NCBI GenBank assembly: GCA_003427395.1
Contig: BFEA01000025.1
Location: 949,625 to 1,007,463 of the forward strand
Length of the DNA stretch: 57,839 bases
Source of the DNA: Chara braunii
Lineage: Eukaryota; Plantae; Charophyceae
Reading direction: 5' to 3'
Shown: piece by piece, positions 1-11,064 of the stretch
Position numbering within the stretch: the stretch's first letter is position 1
Layout: each line of letters starts with the position of its first letter
Notes under the pieces: generated by a model
The model's database searches: none
Told to the model about the DNA's origin: nothing
Seen by the model: only the letters and a program-made list of their open reading frames with translations
Position numbers and translations under genes: made by a program

Positions 1-92
<92 letters not shown>

Positions 93-93
93 C
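1..93. repeat. (CT)n microsatellite followed by (CG)n
   Basis: Directly visible dinucleotide runs. Confidence 0.98.
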
Positions 94-129
94 ACTTTCT
101 CTCTCTCCCTCTCCTCTCATCTTCCTCCA

Positions 130-1256
130 TTTCTTCACAATTCCTTAACCCCTAAAGCCTTCCGTCACCCCTTCCCATCCATGGCATGTGACTAACTTCT
201 ACCCTCACCGTTACATTGTCAGGGAACGAACGGCAGGGAACTTGGTCCTCACCTGGTGGAAAACGAGGGCAAGGGGAGGGCTGCCGGTCCCTTGTGCCAC
301 CAAGAAGGAAAGGGTACGAGACTATTGAGGACGTTGGTGAGAGCAAAAATGAGTGCTGTTTTGGACGAGGTCAGTCGACTCAACCACCTCCTCGACTGCA
401 TGCCTGAGTAAGAAGAGTGTGGTTTGACTGTGAGGACGGAAGGAAGGCACCCAAAAAGACTTGGACTTGCATGAGGGGCGGTGTGTTGACCCCATCGGGG
501 ACGGACGTATGCCAGTGTCATGTTTGCTTGGATGTGTTGCAGGTAAGTGGCTTGGACGATCTGGCAATAAGGGGAGTGTGCGGCGTGGGACCATAATGAG
601 GAAAAGAGGGTTTGAATCTCGAACGGTTGGGATGGACTTTGGGCTTTGACGATTTCGTGACTAGCGCAACCTGAAAAGACTAGGGGTCGGGGATGGGGTT
701 TGATCTTGACTTTGTCGTGATGTGTGGTTGTGGTTGGGTCGCGAGTTTGGTAGGACCGCCTGGAAGGACTAAGGGCGGTCACGAGACCTGGGAGATGTAT
801 GCGTAGGCCGACTAGAGAAAAGATAGAGGCTAGGGGCAAAGGGACGAGCCGCCCCGATGATGCTAGAGGAGACTTGGGCCGCTAGGGAAGGAGTGTGTGG
901 CCTAAGGAGAACGCTTAGCCTACGCACTGTAAAGAAGAGGAAGCTCTCAATGAACCTCCCTAGACTGCCTAAGTATTGGAAGGAGCAATTGCCTGGTAAG
1001 ACAAACGGGGAATCGAAAACCTTGCGCTTGCGAACCTAGACCAGTGAGGCTATCACCCGACTAGAGGGCTGGGCTACATCCCCAATGTTAAGCTCTCTCG
1101 CCCTATTGGCCCAACCCCATCCATCTCATAGCACTAGGTGGGGGTGCCCCTGGGACGAACGACTCGCGCCCTGAGAGTGAGCGTGGGGGGTTCGAGCCAA
1201 GTGGGACCCGCAGTGGGGTCGACGAAGGCTCGAAAGTCCTTCAGGGTATGGCCCCG
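130..1256 (+). mobile_element. Unclassified dispersed repeat, copy 1 (starts at a (CT)n tract)
   Basis: 170-310 matches the reverse complement of about 46170-46320. About 900-1256 matches the reverse complements of 21076-21370 and 44030-44390. Shared decayed frame LPxYWKEQL...PWDERxAP...GRAKWDPxWGRxRLES. Confidence 0.75.
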
Positions 1257-1403
1257 ACACCGTATCCAAAAAAGCCTATGTCTGGCAACCTCCCGCCATT
1301 CCCAGAGCTCCTGCTTCGTCATCCAGGCTCGGAAGGAGACCGAATATAGCTTTTTATCCAATTCAATTTTCGTGCGGCCTACTTTCAACATCCATGCTGC
1401 TAT
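1257..1403 (-). pseudogene. LINE ORF1 fragment
   Basis: IAAWMLKVGRTKIELDKKLYSVSFRAWMTKQELWEWREVARHRLFWIRC aligns with IATFMLRKKQDKIVLDGKTYLATFRPWMNDNHLQEWRETMRFPFFWIRC of the LINE ORF1 near 8480-8625. Confidence 0.8.
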
Positions 1404-1429
1404 AACACATAATGTTTTAAACCAGGCTG

Positions 1430-1461
<32 letters not shown>

Positions 1462-2140
1462 CGGCTCTTCTTCAAAAGTCGCAGATCATCGACACCAACA
1501 TGCAAGAAGCTGTGCAATCTCGAATGGAACATTGGAACCATGAACATGCTCACAGCGGATGCCGGAGATGATGGGCGTGAGAGACTAAGAACCCAGAAGT
1601 AGATGAGTTGAGTTTAACTCGATTTCGTTTCCTTGCCATGAATGAACGTCGTAGAGCTTTCTTGCCTTTCCCTTCCCCTTTCCTACCTAAGTCCCAACCA
1701 GCCCCCCCCTGTCTCTCCTCCCTCTCCTTCGCTGCCAACTCCCCCCTTAAAGAATATCATGTAGTGAAGAGGTCCACATGCTGGAGAGAACGGAGAAGGG
1801 CGCTTTTCCTGCAATCATGAACCATAGCGGTCTAGATGAAACAGTAATCACTAATGATGAGTCTAATTATTACGCAAGTTTGAGCACTCGGTTGCTTGCT
1901 CACCGTGGGTTGCTTGCTCACCGTCCACCGTCTTCCCCCCGAATACAACGCACCCTCATCATGAATCCAGCAACGCCTGCTAATTCATTCTGTAAGTGGA
2001 CAAAGGATCAGTGAGCAAGTGTAATTATGGCCATCATCTTGGTCTGAGGGGCGCAGCGATGACAGATGGCACTCACTCTTTTTTTTTTCTTTCGGCTCGA
2101 TACGAATATGATGAAGGAGGCGGCGGGCAAAAACTACCTA

Positions 2141-2244
2141 CCGTCTTCCCCCGAACATAACGCACCGTAAAATGAACGTATGCGAGTTACACTTCCGGCC
2201 AGATACAACCAAAATAAGGGTGGGCTGTGTTCGGGGGAAGACCG
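2141..2244. mobile_element. MITE-like element with about 26-bp imperfect TIRs (Tc1/mariner, Tc2-like CCGT end)
   Basis: Perfect 15-bp inverted repeat gtcttcccccgaaca at 2143-2157 / 2228-2242; preceded by TA; solo copy of the left end at 1928-1954. Confidence 0.6.
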
Positions 2245-2919
2245 TTGTCGGGTCCATATTGCCTGTTCATCATTGTTATTTTTCTTTGTAGTCGCGTTTG
2301 CGTTCGGGTTTTTATATCCTGGTGTATCTGGGCCTCTTTTCTGGCAGAGCTCGCAAACTCCTACTTCTCCTACAGCCACACCCTAGTTATGTTGAGCATC
2401 CATAGTATTTGTCAGCCATAGCCAGCCATAACTGCGGCCTCGTCGAGCCGCAGTTGGGCCCAACCCAATTTGAGTGTACGAACCCGGGCGAGCCCAGACC
2501 TTGAAGAAGAATTGCAGCCGGACCTGCCCAGACCCACACACATATATTTTCCACCACCTGCCCCCACCCAGGCCCTTGAGTACAATCCCACCCGTTGTAC
2601 CCACCCGCTGTACCCACCCGTGGCCACCATTGCTTTCCCAAGTTTTCAACACCCTACCCACCCACCCATACTCAGCCTGACCATTCCCACCTACACACAA
2701 TTGGTGGCCCCGACAATATAGAACCCTTGATCAACGTAAGGCTGGCCATTCTATATTGTCGGGGGCACCAATTGAGTAGGCGGGAATGGTCAGGTCATTT
2801 GGCATATTGAGCATTGGAACTCATGGACAACTACAGTAGGTGCATGAATCAACTGCATATGCCACATGTGTGAGTGGGAGAAAAACAGCCGTGAACCAAA
2901 AAATCAAAGCATATCGAGG

Positions 2920-3044
2920 AATATGGTTCTCTTATCGGCCTTTTGGCTAAGAAGATCAAGTGTAGTATCTGTTCTGATCATCAGTTTAAGATCTGATCCT
3001 AGTGGTGCATCAGACCACACTCAAACAGAAAAAAAAAAAAAAAA
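2920..3044 (+). pseudogene. U2: Retroposed 5' half of U2 snRNA with poly(A) tail and 14-bp TSD
   Basis: tcggccttttggctaa(gaa)gatcaagtgtagtatctgttct...atcagtttaa-atctgat is the U2 5' end including the GTAGTA branch-pairing sequence; IIb-like hairpin gtggt/accac; A-tail from 3029; TSD aaagcatatcgagg at 2906-2919 and 3045-3058. Confidence 0.93.
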
Positions 3045-3870
3045 AAAGCATATCGAGGTCACACCTCCTGCAAACCCGTGGTCTGTTGAAAAGTAAAATA
3101 AAAAAGAACATGAAAAAGAGGGGTCGGTACCTCTAAAGACGTTCAAAATTATGCAGGAAATGGTGTGGCATCCTGCTTGTTGTTGTCATCGGCGCTGTTG
3201 ACTGCTGTCGCCATACTTAGTCATTTGATTGGATGGATGATTCAACACAACACATGATGACAGGGTGCGTTGCGTCCATCTGACGAAAGACGGTGGTAGT
3301 GTCTCCGCTTCTTATCGAGACTTGGAAGCGGTGTGTCTTCCTGGTGGATTATCTCTCTGCCTTGTGCCGCACAAGGAATCGAGTTCTCGATGCACGCAGA
3401 GAAGTAGTTTCACATACAGGTACACGTAAAGGTGCTCCTGTACCGATTACTTTCATCCTCCTCTCATAAGACCATCAGTACCACTCATAGCTACTGCTCT
3501 TGCTCTGTTCCGTGGGCGGGTGACCGGCTTGGTGGGCGGGGGCAAAGGAGGGTACAAGTCAGGAGACATGTAGGTGGGCGACGACAACTGTCTCAACGTC
3601 TCGTCTGTTGTTTGCCATCCATCCTCCACATTGAAATAATGTCGTAGTTTCCTATGCCAATGATTTACCTGGGCACCTGAGGGCATGCATACTCGCACGA
3701 GGATTTTTTTTCACTTACTTCTGGAATGGAAGTGCGGCCAGATGCATCCAGGTCAGGCCGCAAATGGGGTCATATACACGTAAGATAGTGCTACTAGTGT
3801 TAATACGCCCTGACGCTGGTGGTTTGCCACCCTGGTTCCTCGTTCAATGATTGATTGACTGTTTTTTTAC

Positions 3871-3901
<31 letters not shown>

Positions 3902-4579
3902 GGCTCAACGAGTTCGGAGTGTTTCATCCGCTAGTTATAGTATAAACTTTTATACATTTCTCTCTCTCTCTCTCTAACATGTACGGATCTCCTTCCATCT
4001 TCAAGTTTCTCTTCGATCCTGCTGATTTGATTTATCCTTCGACGACGCCCATTTTCATTCATTTAGAAGACCGAGAAGGAATGACGTTTCTCGCCCGTCG
4101 ATCAAATCGCCAACATGTTAGTTCTGTTGTGGTTTTGCCATTTGTGTTGTCAAGGAACCGTCTGTGAGTCGCAGTCGGAGCATAATACGTATGTTCCACA
4201 ACACTTAACTACCTGGTAGCGAGGAGGGAGGAGGTAAAACCGTGCGACTCCCGATCTTGCACAATCGGGAGGAAGTAGGTGAGATTTTTGTGCAAAATGG
4301 AGTCAGCATGAGTCTGACACAAATGCAAAGTTAACATGTAAAACCGTGCAAATCACGACGAGAGCATATGTGGTAGCCAATCTTGAAATATAAGTGACCT
4401 TAACATAAAAGTGAGTGATTATTAACCTCCCGAGAGTCTTGGTCTGTGCAGGTTATGCATTGAAATTGGAGAGCAGCAGCATAGCAAAAAAAAAAAGGAG
4501 GAAGGTCTGAGTAGGACGAGAGTGTCGGGGGGGGGGGAAGGTGATAGCAGAAAGTTGAAAGGAATGAGATGCTTAGCAA

Positions 4580-6017
4580 TGGGCATTTACCCAAGACCAT
4601 CTTTTGAACTGCCCGGGTAAGTTCTTCCACTGTGAATGGTTTGTCCAATGCTTTAGCTGTAGCTGTTGGAAGATACTTCGTTGTTCTTTTCCAGAAGCTG
4701 CAGCTGAACGAAAGATCGGCGTCTAGTGAATCAAACGGTCTCCTTGTTGTGACGATATTTATGAAATAATCGTAGGCATTGGCACACATAGTCTCTATGT
4801 CTGAAGATGGAGTGGGATCTATGAGAAATGGGTGTCTTAGCTCTCTTATCAAGGGTTTAGCTTGACGCAGGATTAAAGATCTAAAAGATAATTTCGTCAT
4901 TCGATCGTACCCTATAATACCCCGGATTTTTAACCATTTCAACCATTCTGTTTGTTTTAGGATTTCTACCTTCTCCAATTCCACTAAAGCTGTTTTTCTT
5001 TTCTTCAACCAAAAGAAGTCAGAGAATGGATAGGTGCCCATGAGGCTCCCTGCTTGTTGGATTTGCCTTTTTAACTGTGTTTCGTTCCAGGATCGATTGA
5101 CTGCCTTCATGCGTGAGAAATTCATGAGTGTCACTCTAATTATATTAATGCCTACTTCAGCCCAATCCACCTTACTGTCAAAAAGGTCCTGGGACTCGGA
5201 CCATTGGGACATCTGGTTATTTATCCATTGTCTTATCCCGTCATCTTTCAATAAAGTCACATTTAAGTTGATTTAACCTGAACGGCAGACGCTCCCTTTT
5301 AATCACATCCAGGAAAATTATATCCATCAATATTGGAAGATAGTCGGAAAGTGAACCTTGTGTGATGTCACACCAAAAACATCTGTCCCGTGGGAAGCCT
5401 CTAGCCAAGATTAGGTCCAGGCGACTACAAGGTGCATGGGTGTTCTTGGAAGGTTTAGGGTCATACCACTTAAAATCGTTGGATTCCAGATTGAGCGTTC
5501 TATAAATATAAAAAAATGAGTAAGCATCAATTAGAGTTGTCAGTATCTCTGCATTAGGTCTTGCGGGGAAGACTGAAAGTGAGTCCAGGCCTAGAACTAG
5601 AATCGTATGCCAATCACTCAGTAACACTAGATTTTTTTTGTCCGGTAGAAAGGCAGGGAGGTTAGCTAGGAAATCAATTCACTCCGGTGGTTCCACAGGG
5701 GCATAAATAGAGGCAACCGCCCATTCTTCCTCCCCCAACTGAAACTTGATCCATACAATTCGCTCTCTCGAATCTGAATATGAATCAAGAACTTCTACCT
5801 CCAGATCCTCTGCAGGGGCTCAGATTTGAGGGCCTTGCCAGTATCTGTTCAGCTGTTGTAACTTCCCAGGATTTAATTTTGTTTCCTGGATGCCAATAAT
5901 GTGGACATCATTTGAGTGCATCCAGTCTAGAAGCCTTGGTCGTTTACAACGTTTTGAGGTGTCTCCTAGCCCATGGACATTCCAAGATGCCAAACGTAAC
6001 GTAGGCGGTATTACCAT
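4580..6017 (-). pseudogene. LINE ORF2 N-terminal part: APE endonuclease and linker up to the pre-RT region
   Basis: LRLASWNVHGL, IIGIQETKL, SRLDLIL, SLSDYLPI, PFRLN, then PFTVEELTRAVQKMVLGKCP where similarity stops. Confidence 0.9.
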
Positions 6018-9000
6018 CAAGTCCTCCTTCGCCGGTATCTTGGATCCGGGTCTGAGCATTTGGGGTAGACGTTTTCCGTTTGCACTCCTTCGACTCTTTT
6101 GCTGGTTGCCTGACAATCAGAAGATTCTGAGTTAAACAATCGCCAGCAAGACGTTCCAAGATATTGGTGTACATTATCCAGTTCACAATCACCGAACCTA
6201 CTCTGCCTACTGGCATTAGCAGTTTTTCAACTGTTTCCGTTTTGTTGGTCAAGAAATCATGACGCGGGAACCAATGGACTCGAAGGTCACACCATTTATC
6301 AAAATTGTCGCTGATGGTTTTTATACCCATCAATGCCATGTGGAAGACCACCGGGGGTTGTTGTTGCTTTTGAGAGAGATAGCGATTAACTTTAAAGAAC
6401 ATCAAGACAACAACTGAGCCCGTGTGGTTAAGCACATGGCGCTTCGCCAGTTCAATTACCTCCTCTTCCGAGGAGGGGGCTGGAACAAGTATTGATGGGA
6501 TTTCCAACCCATTGTCGTTTGTAATTCGTGTTAAGAGCATAGATCCCATAGCCGAATGAGAGAAAATTAATGGAATAACGTACTGTTTATTCGGCTCTTT
6601 TGCACTATCTGCTTTAGCGAGAGTCTTCATAGGAGTGGCTAGGGAGAGTTCTCTCCTTGCATGGTTCCGGATGTAAGTTCTTTTCCGCCCTTCAGATTTC
6701 AATACATCTCGGTACTCCGAGGAAGGTTCCTCAGGTCTAGGTTCCGAGGGACCTGCCCCGGAGTTGTCGTACACTTTGAGTTTCTTTGCTGGGGAGCCCC
6801 TCTTTGCTATTACAGATCCAAGTTCCTATAGAAATTGAAAACTGCTAAGTTTGTGAAAGGGGAGGATCCCGGTGGCATCCCCTGCGCCTTCCTCGTGGGA
6901 CTCTGTGAACCCCCGTCCCGACTCTTCCTTTGTCTGTCCTCCTCCTATATTAGCTTCTTTTTCCGAATGGATAGGGACAAGGGATTTCGTGGGGGAAATT
7001 TCCTCATCTTTATCATACTCTTCCTCCTCTTCCTGGGCCGAGGAAAATGAATTGTTGTTGTAGACTGAGAATTTTTCTGGCGGTGGTTGATCTGACTCCC
7101 TCTGGAAAATTCCCTTGGGTATCTGGTCTTCCAATCTTATTAGTTTGACCTTACCGTCTGCGCCTGGGGACCCTTCTCTGGCGGATCGCTACCCCTTACA
7201 GGCCTCCGGGCCTCATCCTTAAGGGCCTTCAGGTCTAATACCGCCTGTTCCTGAAGATCGTTTTCTGTTATGTAGGTACTTCCTGCCTTAGGAGATGAGC
7301 AGGACACTAACTCAACCTCTTTTCCTTTGACTGTATCGTTGTTTCCTTCCTCCAACTCTTCCTTATCTCCTCCCTTCTCCTCCTCTTCATCCTCATTATC
7401 TCCTTTCTCCTTCTCTTCCTCCTCCTCAGTACCTTCCACATTTCCTATATCCGTTCCTTCACTCACTTCCTCCTCACTTCCTTCATCAACGCCCTTTTCG
7501 CTCGCTTCCTCCTCCGCCCCACCTTCTTCTTCCTCCTCCTCTTCCTCCTCTTCTTCCTGCTCCTCATCATCATCCTCGTCATCCTCCTTGCTCCCCTCTT
7601 CCTCACGCCGTCCTCCTCCTCTTCTTCTTCTTCCTCCTCCTTTTCTTTTTCCTCTTGTCTTTCGTCACCATCTGCGGCTTCCTCCTGGGTCGTCATTTCG
7701 ATATCCATCACTTTTTGAGGAGGATTCCCCTCCCTCTCTCAGAGAACCTTTTTCTGTCCTTGTTCTCTTTCGTCCCTGGTCTGTACCATCCCCGAAGTCT
7801 TATCCTTTCCGGGAGCACTTTCTTCCTAGACTGGGGGGGGGGGNGGAAGGGGGGGAATTCAGATGAATACTCTTCTGTCCCGCAGGGGGGGNGGGAACCT
7901 TTTTCCATACCACTAGTTCCTTACCCTTCCCGTGGGATTTTTCCGGACGGGCAGCCTTCTTCTTGTTATTCCTACTATCGCTTGTGTCGGAGCCCTCCGG
8001 TTCGTGATCCTTTTCCTTCCCCTTGGATTGATCAACATCGTCTTTGCGCCTGTATCCTTTACGACCCTGCTCAGAGTCTCTCCCCTTACCATTGACTTTG
8101 TCCTTTTTCTAGTTCTGATTAGGGTCCGAGGTTTTGTCAGAATGGTTGACTCCTGAGGGTTTGTTTTGCCCCTATGTGCGACCTTTCTTTTGCCTCGACG
8201 GACAGTCAGGTCCTTGGAGTCATGGAAGTAACGACGGTATGTCTCACACCAAGGTGTTTTCGTGCAGATAACATCGATTTCTGCATATCTGTCCTCCAAG
8301 TAGTCAATCAACAGACAAGGTTTGTACTTCATTCCCGCCGAAGGTACGAGGTCGAAGCGAATATTTAATAACTCTGGTTTACCTAGTTCTTTAAATAGAG
8401 AATGAGATTTCAAAACAGAACCGAAGGCATCTTCGACTGCAGATTCCAACTGTGGCACTGCCCAAACTGAAACCTGCAGGCATCTTATCCAAAAAAAGGG
8501 GAATCTCATGGTCTCCCTCCATTCCTGTAAGTGATTATCATTCATCCACGGGCGGAAGGTAGCCAAGTACGTCTTACCATCAAGTACAATCTTATCCTGT
8601 TTTTTCCGTAACATAAAGGTAGCAATCTGACTCGATGAAGAGACATACGTTACTAGATTCCGACATTCGTTATGGACAATCCTCGCTTAGTAGGGGCATC
8701 AACCGAGCCCGTCCATCCTCATAAGTACAAACAATTCGTTTTTAATGTTTATAGGTAGCTAGGTTGCCTCGTCACCAAACAGGATAGCTACGGCATGATC
8801 TCTGAGCCAGTCCACCCGAATATGATGAACGTCTGGATTGACCATTAGCCGGACGTGGTCCTCTCCAACTTCCACTGTATTTTTTAACAGCCTCTTGGGC
8901 AGGATCCCATCTGAGTAGCAGGTATTGAGAATCCCCCTGATTCGCTGCTTCTCCACCTCCGAAGTCAAGTTAGGAGGGGGAGGGGGGGGTCGTGGAGGAG

Positions 9001-9040
9001 GAGGAGGAGGTTGGGCATTTGCATCCCCCAGATCGTTGAC
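6017..9040 (-). pseudogene. LINE ORF1 (plant L1-type N-terminus, degenerate CCHC knuckle, long acidic linker, C-terminal globular domain)
   Basis: Fragments 8759-8968, 7913-8614 (FRPW...FWIRC...PWCETYRRYFH), acidic 6826-7711 and 5944-6774 lie directly upstream of the APE frame. Confidence 0.75.
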
Positions 9041-9984
9041 CCTTCCTTTTTTTTATTCGGAGATGTCCACAATTAAATACGTGAATTTATGCAACAAACC
9101 TTACACTAGGTAAAGCTATCAACTAGGACTCGGAAGCACCAAAGTTAACAATAAGCAATTGTCTAGTACTTTGTCATCCAAGTGAGGGACCGGTTAGTGG
9201 GACAAGCACATACAATCTCCCCCCCTTGGAGTCAACTAGAAGGCTGGTAGCAGATAATACCTTCCACAGTTCAAATGTATCGTTGAAACCACGAAGGAGA
9301 GCTGCCCGGTGGCGAGTCCCACGCGTCCATTCTGCTTCATCGACTTAGCCCCTTTGTCTTCGTCACTATAATTTGAGATCTCCGTGGGCCGAGACCTAGG
9401 GCTAACCCTACTCAGCGAACGTTGTCGCACTTTTTCTAGTCGGGCCCCTTCATGTGACCAGAAAGCCAACAGGCTGTCTCGTAGGGCTTTGAATGTTGTT
9501 TGCAACAAACAAAATGAATTAATTACAGCAAATCCCTTCCTGTTGTGTGCGTCCGGCTTCGAGCGAGACCCTTCAATTGCGGTCTTCGTCGATCCTCGGT
9601 CTTAGGAATTTTTTATTTTGATTCGGAACAGCAAAGAATAAAGCAAATGATAATCATGGGGTTTGAAATATCATGCATGTATCAATTCTATAATTTTATG
9701 ATTTTGAGAACTGTGACAGAATCATCAAGAAATGCAATCATCAGCAATGACAATGCAAGATACAAGACTGACCGGCTCAAGCAAAGACAAAGTTAAGTGA
9801 GAGAAGAGTGAGAACTCATAATAGTCTCAGAAAGTACAGACGAATAGACATAGTCAGCACTTCTCAAGAGTCCTCACTCATCCCTGTGGGTTCTCACACT
9901 CAATCTCTCATTCGACTGCTCGTTTCTTGTGTTTTTTGAACCATGTCTGCGTACTCTCTGAGGTTGTGGCCTCTGAATATAGAG

Positions 9985-10572
9985 TCACCTAAAGCATGTG
10001 AGCTTTGAACACTTCCATCCAAGGTACATGACCCGAAAGTCAATCATGGAACANAACTCCTCCCATAGAGTGGGGAGATAAGGTCTAGAGAAAATCCCTC
10101 GTCTGAGATGTGGGAACTCCGATGGCTCTGTCACTGCCTCGTAGTTGACTTCTGCTGGTGAGATGTACCTCTTGTTCAAGTCTACCAAGTCACTCCAGCA
10201 AGACCCGTCTGTGAGCGGAGAAGGGACTGGCGGCTTGGGATAATCCGTGTAGAGCTTAGTTCCGAAGCTGCGAATCAGCTTTGTCCCACTCCCGTCCAAC
10301 TCATGCTCTCTCATCCCAAGATACCTTGTTGCCAAAATCCAGACCGATTCGAAGTGCTCATGAGCTGCTTTGCCTTTCTTTAAGTAGAGCCTCAGATCAT
10401 GAATGGTACCTCCCGCAAAATTGGTGAGGACAGCGAAGATTGACAGATCTCCCTGTCCGAAGCAAACTGCACTGACATACTGGTATTGAATTGCATCCTT
10501 GAGTGCGATTTGGTTGAGGTTGGTGAACACCAACTTGCTGACCGGAAAAGACTGAACCATGCTTATATGCAT
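9985..10572 (-). CDS. Hypothetical protein, probably a TE-borne accessory ORF
   Basis: 195-aa open frame of globular composition, same strand as and upstream of LINE ORF1; no recognised motif. Confidence 0.4.
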   Translation of the reverse strand: MHISMVQSFPVSKLVFTNLNQIALKDAIQYQYVSAVCFGQGDLSIFAVLTNFAGGTIHDLRLYLKKGKAAHEHFESVWILATRYLGMREHELDGSGTKLIRSFGTKLYTDYPKPPVPSPLTDGSCWSDLVDLNKRYISPAEVNYEAVTEPSEFPHLRRGIFSRPYLPTLWEEXCSMIDFRVMYLGWKCSKLTCFR

Positions 10573-10743
10573 AATAACTTGTTGTCTTATAGTTGTTGTC
10601 TCCCTGACTTTCTCAGTTTCGTGGTTGTATCAATTGCTGCTTGTGATTTGATGATATATTGTGTGCCTAGTTATGGCTAATTTCTTATCTAGTTTGCCAG
10701 ATGATGCCTACTTGTTTCTTCCGAAATTGATGATTAGGTTCCT

Positions 10744-11064
10744 TTACCGATCGCCAGTCACAGTTTTCCTTGCTTCTTCAACAGTTCCTACCGACGAGAA
10801 GGTGTTGTGCAATCTTCCGTCCGATCCATGAAGGTAGTAGGTGTACTCTATCTTTGCGTGGTTTCTCACCAGTGTCAACGCGTGTTCCATCATGAGTCTC
10901 GTCTGATGACGAAGGTCATGTGCCACCCTTTCTTCCCAGCCTTCATGTTTACCCCAATGTAGCGAGCAGGTCACTCTTACTGTGTCACCACTCTCCTCCT
11001 CCTTGCAAAGACCCATTGCACCGTGATAGACTGAACTGTGATCATATAAATGGATGACAACCAC
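10744..11064 (-). CDS. Hypothetical protein fragment, probably TE-borne
   Basis: 106-aa frame extendable upstream through premature stops; no recognised motif. Confidence 0.35.
   Translation of the reverse strand: MVVIHLYDHSSVYHGAMGLCKEEESGDTVRVTCSLHWGKHEGWEERVAHDLRHQTRLMMEHALTLVRNHAKIEYTYYLHGSDGRLHNTFSSVGTVEEARKTVTGDR

Larger units (their letters stand above)
4580..9060 (-). mobile_element. Decayed L1/Tx1-like non-LTR retrotransposon lacking RT (3'-truncated)
   Basis: ORF1-like and APE-endonuclease frames are colinear on the minus strand, with many stops and frameshifts. Confidence 0.88.
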
